Origin: Tubulanus polymorphus
Taxonomy: Eukaryota > Animalia > Nemertea
Assembly: GCF_964204645.1 (NCBI RefSeq)
Contig: NC_134032.1
Location: 5,816,275-5,880,274 of the forward strand
Direction of reading: 5' to 3'
Length of the DNA stretch: 64,000 nt
How positions within the stretch are numbered: the first letter of the stretch is position 1; each line of letters starts with the position of its first letter. The translations under genes and the position numbers were made by a program. Of the stretch, positions 11,425 to 25,000 are shown piece after piece. The notes below the pieces were generated by a model that saw only the letters and a list, made by a program, of their open reading frames with translations, was not told where the DNA came from and searched no databases.

Positions 11425-14400
11425 GTAAGTTTCGATAGTGTCATTTCCGATGATATTTAGAGAAAATTCCAAATCATTAAAATTACATATAGCCTACTTT
11501 GGACGACATATAAATGTATATACTAGATATTCAAGGAAATTTCAGTAAGAACAATCATAACGCTATTTCCGGGTACCTAGTATCATGAAGTTCAATGAAA
11601 ACTTCATCTGAGCATTCTATAGGCTATGCAATTTACTGGCACGTACTCCCAAGCAGTCATGAATTAGAGTTGCATGTGTCAAACTTCGTCATTTGGATGC
11701 ATCTTTTGTATTACTAATTCGTTTTATCAAGTATTCCACGTCATCACCTGAAATCGTCTGTTGAGACTCAATTTGTGTTTCCGATTCAAATTAGTTCGAA
11801 TTGCTATATGACCAATGAGTCCCAATTTCCATTTCAATTTACTAGCTTTAAGTCATCATTTGGCTAATGAAGTCACAATGAAGTCGTCGTTATTGAGTCC
11901 AAAATTATATCTCGAATTTAATTTTCTACGTAAGTGTAAGTACGAACGTAAGCCTATAATATAGATTATATAGATTATAATACGTCCATGATCGACATCT
12001 AGGCATTTACAACGACTTAACCAACTTTGACTGACGGGAATGCATATTTTTATATAGTTGTTTTTGTGTAGGCACGACCCCCTACTGTACCGCGCAGTGT
12101 CTGGGCTAACAATAGCGTAACAACTGTCACCAAAAACCAGAAATCAAGTCAACAAAGTTATTGAAACGCGTATTAGCAGTGTGTTGTATCATGTCTGATT
12201 TCTTTGTACAACCCTAGACTATATTCTATGATATAACCGAATATAAAATGCCGCACAAAGAATAAAAAGTGTACGAAATTTTTCCCTGAGCTAATACTTA
12301 TCTAAGTTAGTGTTTTGACTATCGTATAATTAATACTCACCTTCAGGAATACTAGGGTTATAAAAGTGATGACTTACACTTTTTATTTCAGATATAGGCC
12401 TATTTCTAACACTTTTAAAAATTTAATAATGATATCATTTGTACTATCATCAATCAAATTTAGGTTACAAAAAAAATCAATGATAGATATATATATATAC
12501 TGTATAACGTCGAGGTAAGAAAGTAGAAATCTGATCATTTTGAATTCAAATGAAGAAATATCGAATTTCAATTATTTCTTATCTAAAGTATTTAACAGAT
12601 AAAATGTGTTTATTCAGGACTCATAGTAGCCTACTATATTGGGATAGAGGGGAAAATTGCTTTTATTGTAGCTGAATCTTTAAACTGTATTTTGAAACTC
12701 GATTACCGGTACTCCCTTCTCCCTTTAGTGCACGCCGGCTGTGAGTGCACACCGGCTGTACAAACATTTACCTACTCGAATAGTAGGTCTTGCGTAAATT
12801 AAAAAAGAGGACTTAAAAAAGAAAATATCTTAGATGAAATATGAGGCCTGTGTAGTATCTTGAATAGGTTACACTAGTAAAATCTAAGCCTCGATCATAC
12901 CATGGATTATATGAGGAAACCGTTTTGTGAGTCGGGCAAACTGAAATTTTTATCAGCCCTATAATACGCTTGGTATACGTGCGGAAAATAGATCATATAA
13001 TTCAAACCCTTATGTCAAAATTTAAAAGTAAATAACAAACCTGACGGTGATCCCTAGAGAAGCAAAGTTCGAAACTTCGCCTCCTCCGTTGTTAATTTTT
13101 GCGTGACAAATTTTGCTTTTAATCTTTCAAATTTGAACATAGTTGGTTTTGATAATCGAATATTAATCTAATATTCGGCCTTTCACTCGAGGCGTATAGA
13201 TTTATATTTTATAGTCGAGTCAATTCATTTTTGAATCATTTTCGTCCACAGCAAAATAAATCTATACAGTGACGAAGTTATTTCTGTGCAATGAAGCAGT
13301 TTCTATAGACCTATATGTTATTTCCATATAGCTCTAAACTCTGAACGACCCTTCACAGCCCTTCTCAAGTACCGGATTAAATCCTAAGTAGTTATAAACA
13401 CTGTTCGAGTTTTCTTTTTCTTTATATTGCTAATGAAGTTTGACACGATTCAAATACTGGGTATTAAGGTTATGAAAAGAAGTCAGCGGTGTAGATCAGA
13501 CTGCAAAGGTCAAATATTTCTAATTGAATCTATATCTCTATGTCTACATATGTACATGTATTTACATATGTATACTGTAGTATTTTTATATTAGAAATAG
13601 CTAGTTATAGTATCAACCCTGACCTGGAATTTTTCCTATTATCTTGTGACGATGATTAAGTAAATAATTAGCCAGTAATTAATAAATCGCCTAGTTAATT
13701 ACCAAAAAGGCTGGGGTACCCTGTCCCTCTCAGTTGGACAGCATTGTCTATTCTTCAGGATAGGTGGTAATCGTCGTCGATTAGCGAATTTTTGGAATAT
13801 TTCCTGCGAAAGAAAGGTTGTTGTTTCCACGAGACTGAGCACAATATTATCGAAATTATCATCGTCCAAGTAGGGTGCTTGCAGAGAAGGGTTATCAGTA
13901 ACCTGCGATGTGACTCTTGTCTTGAAAATCAGGGAAAACATCAGGGGATTTCTTGACTGGTGGCGAGTGGCAGAAGAAATCTCTTGATAATAAACAGCCC
14001 ACACTGTGGATATCTCATATCAATCAGATCAGGGAATTTTCTATCAAGGGCCACTGAATTTGGGATACCCTTATCTGTTAGTACCAACAGGACCAATTTA
14101 AAAAGTTGCGAGCGTACACACCAAAGCTCCATATGGTTTAATTTGACTTTGGATCCAGTTCCACAGCTATGGGTCTAATCTGACTCCAAGACCAGTTCCA
14201 CAGCTGTGTGTGGGTTAAACTTGACCTACTTCCACAATTTTGTAAGTGCAATTGACTGAGGACCAAGCTCTAAGATATATGTGGATTCTAAGATCTGAAT
14301 TGGGTTCTACGTTCTGAAATGAAGATCTTACAGTAAAGTCTCAATGTCGAAATGTATATCTTATGGTTATCAGTAAAATAACATATCCAAGCAGTAGGAG

Positions 14401-14489
14401 ATGGTTTGAATATAGACACTATTAGAATATATAGAATAGAATATATTTTATTGCTCACAAAAGTACATTTGCTTAGAGCAAAAAGACAA

Positions 14490-15000
14490 TACAACATGAA
14501 TGTCAATACAATACAATATCAGGACAATATCAGAAACAAAATTATGTTGTATTTTGGATAGGTAATAACCAAAGCTAATATCTATCCAAGATTACACAAC
14601 ACAATTAATGTGTGACAAAAATAATACAGCAATGTTATTCAAAATATTTGAGACCTCTTCGTATAAATAAGGCAAGCTTTCGGAGTTTTAAATCTGATGA
14701 TCTAAATAAATCTACAAATTTATGTAATTGTGGGTTATCTACGTACAAGCTAAAAAAGGTATCGACGGAAATGGGCAAAAAATGGACAAACAGATATAAA
14801 TGAAATTCGTCACAGACAATCCGTCGATCATCGAAAATATACTAGTAGTACTCTCCTCGTCTGGGTTCGGATTTTAAGAGGCGTTCGACAAAGGATCGCT
14901 TCCGATAAAGAGCACATACATCCTTAATAGTCTCTCTACAAAATACGGACGGTATCAACGGGTCGACCAGCACGAAAGATCAACTTTCTGCTGATCGTGG
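14490..15000 (-). pseudogene. Decayed non-LTR retrotransposon 3' end
   Basis: (CAATA)n tail near 14505-14518 beside a degenerate segment resembling a LINE ORF2 C-terminus. Confidence 0.35.
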
Positions 15001-17010
15001 AATTGGACGAAAACACAGTTTACGTCTATTCGTTTCATCTATATTTCAACTCGTTCTGTTGTGTTTTCTCATGAATTTCCAATCAGTTTTAATAGCATGA
15101 TCCATCCGCCGTTTGAAAGCTATCAACACAAAACTAAACACACCTGTTTTTCTGAAGTTTCTTTTCTAATTATAACCAACAACACCAGTTATTTGCAGCC
15201 TTATTATTCGCAACAGCTACAAAAAACCCTCACCTTTGAAAAGTAGACAGACACCTGTTCATGAACAGGTTCTGATGGTGTTTTTACCAGTCGGTTGGTT
15301 CTAAGGGTTATTACAGCCGAGGTCTTTGCGTCTGTGTAATCTAATCGGTATACTACTAGTGGGTAAAAATTATGGTCCAATTAACTCAGACATAAAACTG
15401 GCCTTTTCAAGAAGAATATTCTTTATATATCAAATGATGCAGGGATTTTATCTTTAAACCCTTTGATAACTCACTTAATTCTTTCTTTTTTTCGAAATGA
15501 TATGGATATTGGTCTTTAACATCTGTTTCCATATGCAAATAAACGACAGGTCGCAGTTCCACCTTTCGTAAAAAGGAAGAAATGTTTTATCTTTATGTAG
15601 GAGGAAAGTTCATTCGAATTTAAGTGAAATGTGAGAAATCCAACCGCGGCGTGAGTAGGTTTTGGTGCCGTTAACCAAAACATCGGGTGTTTACACCTGT
15701 GTAAATGGAAAAAAAATAACATGCACTGCGTATATTGAGAATGAGTGAGTAGGCATAAAGGGGGATCTAGATAAAATAATGTGGCTTCGTTGCTACTGCT
15801 TTTTACCACAGGTCTAGGTGGTAAGACTCGAGCTAGAATGTCTGTTAAACAGACATCTTCCCTATTATACGCGTCTATCTGGGATTTGCAGGATTCAAAA
15901 TATAAACAGACTCGAAGAACAAATGTCTCGCATGTTGAAAACTTTACGTTACTAAGTGCTAGGGGAACGAAGGTCAGATGACTCTTCCTCTTAGAAGACT
16001 GTTTCCTCAGTTGGAACACCGACTCGGATGTTCGGCTCTGTCATTATAGTCTGCATTAATAATTTCTGTTTGTAGAGGTAGGGGTTCGTGTAAAATCTCC
16101 TGTCCAGATATAATTCCATGTACAGTTGAAACGACAGTGGAACCCGCTCAATCCCATTATTACACATTCAATTGATGTTCACGCTCCATTGTTCCATCTA
16201 CCAGTTTCTATCGGGGAGCTTATGATTTGCAGTACGGAATTTGTATTTCATATTCTAATGTCACTGGCGGCCTTTTGGTTACCTAGCAACCACGTGGAAT
16301 AATGTAGTAGAAAATTAACCATGACCTCCACCTCAAATCCTGTCAGTAATAGCATATATGGAAAGATGATATCTCCAAACATAGGTTTGCACCCTAAAAT
16401 CATGTTTCTATCATCTCCCATTCCTTATATACCTGGATATCTGAAACATGATAGAATTTCCATTCAGTTGCCATGGATACGTAAAATTAGTTGGTTGCCA
16501 TGGAAATACAAGCTGGCTCCCCTTCTAAAACTGATTGTCAGGTTTGTATGAACATCTGGGCCAATTTTCGTGATTTTGTCCACCCGTAATAATAAACACG
16601 CTAAAGCCATCCTACTATTTTGATTGAGAAAATGAAAATCGTCTCCAATAGCAGCCAAATTGCATTTTTTACAAATTCTATGATTTCCTCGATCTGGCGA
16701 TATCTAACAGTTTCAATAGGCAAATTATGGTTCGAGCATCTGAATCGACACAAGGCAAAGCGTAGACTAGGGGTAGCTGGTCAAATACTCTTCAGATTTA
16801 AAACAATTTCTAAATCGCCTGTAGGTTATGGTGATTGGTGATTCGTTAACCTTGGTACGCCAGTACTGACCTGTGTCTGTTCAATATACTACGTTTGCAC
16901 TGGGTACAGTTTGGGATTCCCAGACGTGGCCGAGAGCATTTTTAACAGGAATATAACTGACATTAAGTAACCATTGCGTTTGATAAATATGTCTGTACAT
17001 AAAAGAAGAG

Positions 17011-17530
17011 ATAATAATAATAAGAGCTAGTATAGCGCAGAATCCGTGTTTCCACGCTCAGTGCGCTGTCTCCACATAATGCCTTCTACACAATAAAGTT
17101 TTCAAAGCTTTTCGAAAGCAGGTAACATCTTCAATTTTCCTGATTCCGACTGGTAGACTGTTCCACAATAATGGACCTTTATGAGAAAAGGACCGATCGC
17201 CATATTTATTGTTGGTACGCGGTAAACTAGGCACCGGTTGACACATGAACGTGTTCTACCTTCCACCAATTTCAACATGTCCGACAGATAATCTGGCATC
17301 TTCTCGTACAACGCACGATGTACAAGAGAAATATGTTCAGTGTGTGAAATTAGTCTTGTCTGCAATTTAACGGCTTCAGTTTAACATATATTTCTAAAAG
17401 GTAGCGCCCAAGCTCACCGTATATAAACACTCTAGTCGTGCATCTTTTCAATCTAAGTAAATATTCCAAAAATTGTAGCTGAACACGTTCGAGTACCTGT
17501 GTGTTCTCATATCCCCACATTTCACAGCCT
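17011..17530 (-). pseudogene. LINE (CR1/L2-type) 3' fragment with simple-repeat tail, adjoining a second RT-type fragment
   Basis: YGDRSFSHKGPLLWNSLPVGIRKIEDVTCFRKALKT is a typical CR1/L2 ORF2 C-terminus. (ATA)n tail at 17011-17022. A fragment at ~17395-17530 reads CEMWG...IYGELGRY. Confidence 0.7.
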
Positions 17531-19159
17531 GTGACCTCTTCGGTGTGGCTGCAGACCGGTTAATAAAGCGACCATTAATTGCTATTCGCAGATCTTTCTT
17601 CACTTCCGTTTTCGGACTTTTATGTCGTTTAATCTCTCAGCATGGGTCTGGCTCGAATGCCAAACATTGTTTTATTTCTCTATCTTTCGTAGCTTCTCTT
17701 TTTTTCCGCAAAATGTCATTCCTAATACATTTCGTTTTTCGCGCTACTTAGGTGACGAGTTTTTTGCTTCTCTCTGGTCGGCATTTGCTTCGATGCAGAG
17801 TCTAGGAAAGTTAGAACAGGAATATTATTTTGGAGGCTCTTTTCTAGACTGCTTATGACGATGTCCTCTAGTGGGTCGGTTTATTGCTTTTTTTGTAGAG
17901 CTAATTTACGCTGCAAATCTAAACAGAGGTTTTCCAGACTTGTTATATCTACCTTAGATGACTTAAGCTGGCTGGTTAAACAAGCATTATACATATTCCA
18001 CACGGTGCGGCCGTCTCTCTCATTCGAATTCACTTCGGGCTTACATTTGCGTTGATCGAGGCAATTTTAAGTTATCACGTGAATCGCGGATTACGTCGCT
18101 TCGACCTACGCGCTCTCGCGTTCACACCCCCGTTGACAATCGCATCGCAACTGCTGTCTAGTAGTAGCACACCCAACGCGTATGATTGGCTTGAAAGAAT
18201 ATTATAACGTCTTAGATTCCATGTTATGATAAATTTTCAATATCAGTTTGGGAATGGGGCCAATGCATCAAATACCCTGATAATCTGATGCCCTAATGAT
18301 ATCATGGTTTGAGTTGTTTCTCTCAGGACGGGAAAATGAACCTTTTTTTACCCACCGCCGAGAAAAAAGGTTTCCCCGCGCACAGGAATAAAAAGAAGTC
18401 ATACAGTTAACGATTCTAAGTATACAATTCCTCTAAGTTGATCGGTTGTTTTAAAACTGAATTTTTTTCTGCATGCATGTTTGTGAAGACCGCTTTCAGT
18501 ATTTTCCACTTACCCTCCGCAAATCTTTGAGAGTTCTATAGGCTTAAAATTCTGCATCTGTCTTTTTAAATATTCCCATCAGCAAAAACAACTACGTACG
18601 TAGTTAGTCTTAAACGTCGACATGTAGAGAGTCTATCCATTGAAATATTTGTCTATCCGTTGAAGCAGACCTATTTGAAAAACCTTTCTCAATTCTTTAC
18701 TTGCAATTCCAGATGTTAAATCTGGGAAGTGTTTATCTTTTATGTGAATTTCGTTAACTGTAAAGATTGGAAAATCCCGAACTGACATATTCTTTTAAAT
18801 TGAAATGCAGTGAGTGGAACCACGACACCAGTTCTCTCACCAGATGGCGTGATGAACTTTCAGCCTCACTCAATCAAAATTAGTTGATTAGTTCATTCCA
18901 CCTCGAACTGAATTTTTAGGCTCCCGAATCCATACATTATCACTGTACCCACCAAATATACATTAGAGTAATTTGCTATTCAGTGATTGGTATAGTTTTC
19001 ATTCATAATTGATTCCGTTTAAGAGAGTTCATTCGATTTTAACAGAAATGTAGAACAAAGTGAACGCAGAAGAATAGGAAAGAATAGATTTATTTACGCT
19101 CTACCCGTTTCCTGAAAAAAACGAAAATAAAAGCATTTTAAAACATAGGAAAATTCGGT

Positions 19160-20290
19160 TACTATTTATAGTGAAAGAGAGGACGTTCCGTGTTTTTGGA
19201 AAATTCTGCGATTCCGCAATATGACAACACCGACGTTTTTACTCGATGTCTTATAAATAGAGGTGTCCAGCCCATATCACCTTCGATACTTAATAACGAC
19301 GTGTGTCCTCCTGTTCCCAGGAATGAACGCATGGCTTTACATCCATACAGCACTTCCATAATCTATGCTTGGGATCGTAGTTGCATTGTATATTTTACTA
19401 TAGGTTTTATGTGAATGACCGCTTGAAATAAAGTGTTTACAAATACGGCTACCTAGTGCCTTGCTAGATGCTTTGGCAAGGATCAGCCATGTGACTATAA
19501 TCAAAATATTCATACCTCTTTACGCCTAAATATCTGTATACATTCACAATTTCAATAGTTTTGTCCCGAAGTTTGAATTGGGAGTTGGTAACTGGCGCAG
19601 ATTTCTTTCTAAAGTGCATTATTTTGGACCTCTGAAGATTTACAGTCAACTTCCTTTTTTCTACTCCATTGCATTTAGTTCATGTATCTGTAACAAATGT
19701 TCATCTTCTGCTATTAGGACAATACCAACAGCATTGAGGAGGATTGACAACCTAACGCCATTGACCTCCACACCAAGCCCGAGAGTTTTAATTTTTTAGG
19801 CTAACTCATCCAGGTACAACAAAAAATGACAGGTGGCCATTTATTCTGACCGGTACATCGTTAGCCATATACGTACATTTGATAATTCTGAGGAAATTTC
19901 CATTTATACCGATTTAAGTTTATACCGGAGGTGCCAGCGATCCACACAATCGAACGCCTGTTTTTAACAATGGATGTTAGGCTATTGATATGATTAAGGC
20001 ATGATCGCCCTTTTCGAAAACCATATTGTTCGTCACTGAAATCACCGTTCAAATTTGCATAAAACGTTAGAAAATTATTTGAAATTGAACTGAAAAGCTT
20101 TCCCACGTTTGAGTTAAGACTGATACCTCTATATCCAAGAGGTGTAACTTCATCTTTATCTTTTTTTATGAATAGGATGCAAAATACTCTGGTTCTATGT
20201 TGATGGAACTTTACCGGCACTAAGTATTTTTTTGAACAGAATGCACAAAATCTTGCAAAGATTAGGCCTTTTTAACACCTCATTGGGAAT
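19160..20290 (-). pseudogene. Decayed LINE reverse transcriptase fragments
   Basis: YRGISLNSNVGKLFSSI...EQYGFRKGRSC (RT N-terminal motifs), VNLQRSKIMHF...YRYLGV (late RT motif) and SIEGDMGW. Multiple frameshifts. Confidence 0.75.
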
Positions 20291-21248
20291 GTTGAAAGTT
20301 CATTCATATTCATGGCAGATAACCTTCACGTCGTAGGGATGCCCTTTTAATATAGATGGAAACATGTTTAATAACTTAGCAATTTGTTAGAATATGAGTT
20401 ACTACCTCGGTACTTGAAAGGGATGTTTTATCATTATTATCTTTGTAATCATTACCATTACTATCAACTTTATTTGGTGCCTTATTCAATTGAATACTGC
20501 TCTAAGGCACTTACATAAAACAGTTATATATAATAAAAATGTGGCTAATCACAAGTGCGAATAAAAGATAGTCAGAGCTCATATCAGAGTTTCTTAATGT
20601 GACTATACTTGGAATTATTTTCTAATAACTACTCGCGACACCTGGTGGATCATCGCTTGCCATAAGTAGAATCCTCAATTTATAAAGCAGTTGATGTCCT
20701 AATGCACACAAGTGACACCTTGTGCATCCTTATTTGCCAAAAGCGGAATCCTCAATAGCTGCAGTAGTTGAGACACTAGCGACACCTGGTGAATCCTCAA
20801 TTTGCAACAGGCGGAGTCCTCAATGGGATACCGGCAATCACCAGATGGCGCAACAAAACACTGGCTCATTCGTAGCAAAAATTAACTCTTTTTCGAAGAA
20901 ATTTCAACTCGATTTTTAGGTTGCCAAATCCGAAAACGATCAAATAAGTCATCGACTAGATATAACAATCGCTTTCTCACTCAATGTATAGTGGATTTAC
21001 TGAAAATTGATTTAATAGTGAAAACATTTTACTCAAATTTAATTGAAATATAGAAGGAAATTGAAGCGCGGTAAACCCAGTGCCACTATAGCGATTCTTG
21101 CTGATTATCGCTGATCCCTCGCCCGCCACAGTAGCGTTACTGGCATCACATTGCCGCAGTATTTGTGTCCTTATGCACTCTACTCGAGTAGTGTCAATTT
21201 GAATGTTCAATAATGAATTTTTGTTTTTTTTTGTTTTATTTCGTAAAG

Positions 21249-21414
21249 AGAACGCGAATCTGTGTATGAAACAGCCAATCTGGTTCACTCACGGGTCGGT
21301 GATGTCGACATACTGGTCAATAACGCCGGAATCGTCAACGGTAGAAATTTTCTCGATATTCCTGACGAGAATTTAATGAAGATCTTTCAAGTGAACTTGT
21401 TTGCGCACTTCTGG
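21249..21414 (+). CDS. SDR16C-family dehydrogenase, exon 2
   Basis: Polypyrimidine tract then AAG| acceptor in phase 2. Encodes ERESVYETANLVHSRVGDVDILVNNAGIV...FQVNLFAHFW. Donor TGG|GTATGT. Confidence 0.88.
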
Positions 21415-21452
21415 GTATGTACTTTAGTGCAGGACCCAGCCTTCAGTCAAAA

Positions 21453-22259
21453 CAGGGGCGGATCCATTCTTATTTCATAGGGATGACATTGATTGTCCAT
21501 TTCATTCATTGGTTTGATTTGATTTCTCCTCACGTTGTGTCCCTTACGTTCCTACAATCCAACCAGTTAAACCTGCCGGGAATGATACCAGGGGATTGAT
21601 TTTGAACGCTCAAATCGGAGTACAGATAGTTGGGTGATCGGTCGAATTACATTATCTGATCGATGTACATACATATAATTGGAAGTTCCGGTTCCATTTC
21701 GTGTAATCAATCTTCCATTCAGCCAAGACCGACCGTCTGTATACAGACCAGACCAGTCTAAGCCAACCAATTTGGTCTATAGTCAATCTAAAAAGTTCAG
21801 ACCTGTCAAAGCCCATTCCGGTTTTACAGCCAATCTAACAAACCAAGGCCGTTAATTATTAAACCAAGGCCAGTCTTCAGATCAATTTGAGACAATTTTT
21901 CTCCCATTTTGCTTTCGGATTGGTTCATCGATTTTCAAGATAATTTTAATCTTTGCGCTAGTTCTGTTTCTAGTGCCCACACTAGACAGTCAAATTGCTC
22001 TGATAAATCGCAATCCGTCGCTCGTCGGTCAAGGCTGGATGGAAGATTGATAACAAGAAGTAGAACCAGGACGTCCAATTACATGTATGTGCATCGATCG
22101 GATTATGTAATTGTTTGTTCGGATAACCAAAATGAACCGTAAATGAACTGAAACAGGTTTTACATGTAAGTCATGCATCTGGGTCCTGACAGAGCAGCCC
22201 TCTTGTCGACGAAAATGGAGGACCCTATTTCAAAATTCAGTGTATACATGGATCCGCCT
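21453..22259. mobile_element. Harbinger-like MITE containing a second IR element
   Basis: AGGGGCGGATCCA...TGGATCCGCCT termini, with a nested IR at ~21645-21735/22022-22112. Confidence 0.55.
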
Positions 22260-22352
22260 ATGTTCATAATGAGCTAAAATAATCGTCGAAAAACCACTTA
22301 TGTTGTCGTGGTATTTTTCAGAACGAAGATTATCAATTTGATTTTCTTTCAG

Positions 22353-22591
22353 ACGGTGAAAGCATTTTTGCCGTCGATGATGCGACGGGACAGCGGTCAC
22401 GTGGTTAATATAGCGTCGTGCGCAGGTCTAATCGGAATGAACCGATTAGCTGATTATTGCTCGACGAAATTTGCAGCAGTCGGATTCACTGAGAGTCTGA
22501 GACAGGAAATACAACGAGATGATAAAAACATTCAAACAACTCTAGTGTGTCCTTATCTTATAGATACAGGCATGTTTACTGGCTGCGAGGC
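22353..22591 (+). CDS. SDR16C-family dehydrogenase, exon 3
   Basis: TTTTCTTTCAG| acceptor. Encodes TVKAFLPSMMRRDSGHVVNIAS, the catalytic YCSTK (YxxxK) and CPYLIDTGMF. Donor GC|GTGAGT. Confidence 0.92.
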
Positions 22592-22619
22592 GTGAGTAAT
22601 GACCAGAAAAAAGTTCAAC

Positions 22620-23030
22620 CTATAATTCCACAGTTATAGGTTTAGATCCAATTCTACAATCAGAATATGCACCCAGTTCCAAACTGTATGGGTTTACACC
22701 TAGTCACTGTTTATGTGACCCAGTTCCACTAGTATTGTGGGTTTATACCAATTCCCACAGTTGTCATAGTTTAGAACAAGTTCCACAGTTGTTCGGTTTA
22801 GGCCAAGTTCTGCAACGTGGGTTAAAACTCAGGGTCCAGTTCCACAGTTCTAAGTTAAGATTTGACTCTGGGTTAAAACATTGAAAATGAACTAACTTTA
22901 ACTCTGAGTTAACTCTAACTCGCAACTGTGGAACTGGGTCCAGTTCTACAATGTAGGTTTAAATCCACTGTTGGTTTAGACCCTTCCACTGTTGGGAGGG
23001 TTTAAAACCAATTCCACAGTTCCCGGTTAA
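22620..23030. repeat. Degenerate ~30-bp repeats of CCAGTTCCACAGT around a small MITE (22831-22941)
   Basis: TIRs GGGTCCAGTTCCACAGTT / AACTGTGGAACTGGGTCC. The same motif recurs through SDR intron 3 and at 14155-14240. Confidence 0.6.
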
Positions 23031-23129
23031 AAGTTGACTTACGAATTCGCGAATTTGAACCGAAAAAAGTATTTCGGGTAAATTTCCGTTTGAATGTTTA
23101 AGATCAATTTTTGTTGTTGTTGTTTTCAG

Positions 23130-23258
23130 TAAATTCCCGGCTTTGTTCCCGAAATTGAACCCGAAGTTGACGGCTGACCGCATCATGCAGGCGATTCTGA
23201 CCAACCAGCACATAGTCTGTATTCCACGCCTCATTTACATAATGAGTGCCTTAAAAAC
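23130..23258 (+). CDS. SDR16C-family dehydrogenase, exon 4
   Basis: TTTTCAG| acceptor in phase 2. Encodes KFPALFPKLNPKLTADRIMQAILTNQHIVCIPRLIYIMSALK. Donor AC|GTGAGT. Confidence 0.88.
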
Positions 23259-23510
23259 GTGAGTATAGGAAAAAGTAGCCGATTACATAGAACTGAGGTG
23301 AAATGCAAATTCGGTACTGGCATCAAACACCAGATCGCACAATAGTATACGCTTAATCATTTGAATGAAATGTTGATAAACTGGACAGGCCCCCGAATCC
23401 AGATATTATCTAACTACCACAGTTGTAATTATTTGATTTTGAAGTTTGTATAAAATTTCTATAAAAGTTTCTATAAATTTCTTTCGATCTCATTATATTT
23501 CTGTTTTCAG

Positions 23511-23604
23511 TATTTTGCCGGTTGATGTGGTGTCCATACTCAGTAATTTCGCGGGAACTTCGACCTTCATGGATAACTTCATCGGGCGCCAAAAAGCGGG
23601 ATGA
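23511..23604 (+). CDS. SDR16C-family dehydrogenase, exon 5 (stop)
   Basis: GTTTTCAG| acceptor in phase 2. Encodes ILPVDVVSILSNFAGTSTFMDNFIGRQKAG then TGA. The five exons sum to 924 nt (307 aa + stop). Confidence 0.85.
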
Positions 23605-23816
23605 CGACACTAGAGCAGAGCAGAGCGCCTCCTGTAGGCTTACAGTGTGCCTTCACTTGATGTTATTCACTAGTGTAAAATTAAATTAAACGGGTCCATG
23701 TAAAATTCAATTAGAAATCGACCTCAGAAAAGCGCCGTTATCAATCCTACCCTCCCCTCCCTTGGCGTTATTACTTGTCTAAGCTTTCAAATAAGAACAC
23801 ATAATTTTATATTGTA

Positions 23817-23822
23817 AATAAA
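23817..23822 (+). promoter_or_regulatory. Candidate polyadenylation signal of the SDR gene
   Basis: AATAAA about 210 nt after the stop, followed by a T-rich tract. Confidence 0.5.
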
Positions 23823-24212
23823 GTTTATACTAATTTATAGAAAATTAGGTTTTTTCTTTCCTTCGAAGTCAGATCAATATTCGTCAATCTTGGTCGCGCC
23901 GAAAGGGTAAATCGGTTTCTTGTGGTTTAGTAAGCCTCGTATCACGGAGATATTTACGTATTAAGTTTCTGCACCCGATTGGCTTCCCTGGAGGTTACAT
24001 AATTTTTTGGTCTTGAAATGTGGATGATTTCCCTCGTATTTGTTTAATTTGATTTGATGATTGATGTACACCTTACGAACCCACCAGTCAACACACACCG
24101 GGTGTTTGATCTTAAAATCGGGCATCGAAGTTCAAGTATAAATCGGTCGAATTTATAGAATTATTTGTAAAGTTTATGTATGATTGGAAAGTTTAGGCAC
24201 ATGATTTGGTAT

Positions 24213-25000
24213 ATAATAATAAGTCTTTATTTCGTACGAAAGTGCAGACTACAAGAGGAAAAGAGAGAAAATAAAAAATCCACATTCACATGGAAAAACG
24301 GACTGAACAGACTGAATAAGTTAAGGACATAGATTCAAAGCACGTGTAGGCTACATGACTTAGCAGATACTGTAGTAGTTGATTACGTAGGTCTTTTATC
24401 TAATTCTTGCTGGGTTAAGAATGTGCCGGGCTGCTTCGATATATTCAACTGTGGGTAATGAGAGCTAGATTACTAGAGCAATGGTTTGGAATAGAAATCT
24501 GTTAAGTTTGTACTAGTAGAAATATCATTTGAACTGTTACTGGCAGGCGAATTACTACCTTAAAAAGCAAGGTTGCCACAAAAACTTAATACCGGGTTAT
24601 CTAAATTGATACATGATTGAAGAATTATCCAAAATCTGCGGTGCAACTTAACTTCAATGGTTTCATCACTACATAGTAGAGGAAGGATGGCTTCGAAGAT
24701 GTAAATTGAAAATTTCTTCTATACATTTTCTTACCGCACAAAATAGTTTACGAGAAGTAACATCAGAAAAGTAAATAAGTATCGACCGTTAGGGATAAGC
24801 AGTAAGTACGAAAAATAAAGTATCTGTTATGGGGATCGGCATTGAAGATGCATCTACCACTGCAGTTAAATTTTACATATAAATCATTCACTATATGATC
24901 AAAATTAATGACACAATTACCATGACTATTAACCGTTGCAGGATGGTCGGTCGAGTTAGCAGAAGTTTTCGTCCATATCATAGAATCGTGCAACAAAGTT
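24213..25000 (-). pseudogene. Decayed LINE 3' portion
   Basis: (ATA)n-TCTTTATT tail at ~24213-24231, similar to the tail at 52851-52888, followed by degenerate ORF2-like sequence. Confidence 0.4.

Noticed and set aside
13699-14132. Possible Penelope-like remnant (also ~42380-42700)
   Set aside because: Only vague resemblance, with no intact RT or GIY-YIG motif.
15516-16019. 167-aa minus-strand ORF in SDR intron 1
   Set aside because: No recognisable motif, non-ATG start and no splice support.
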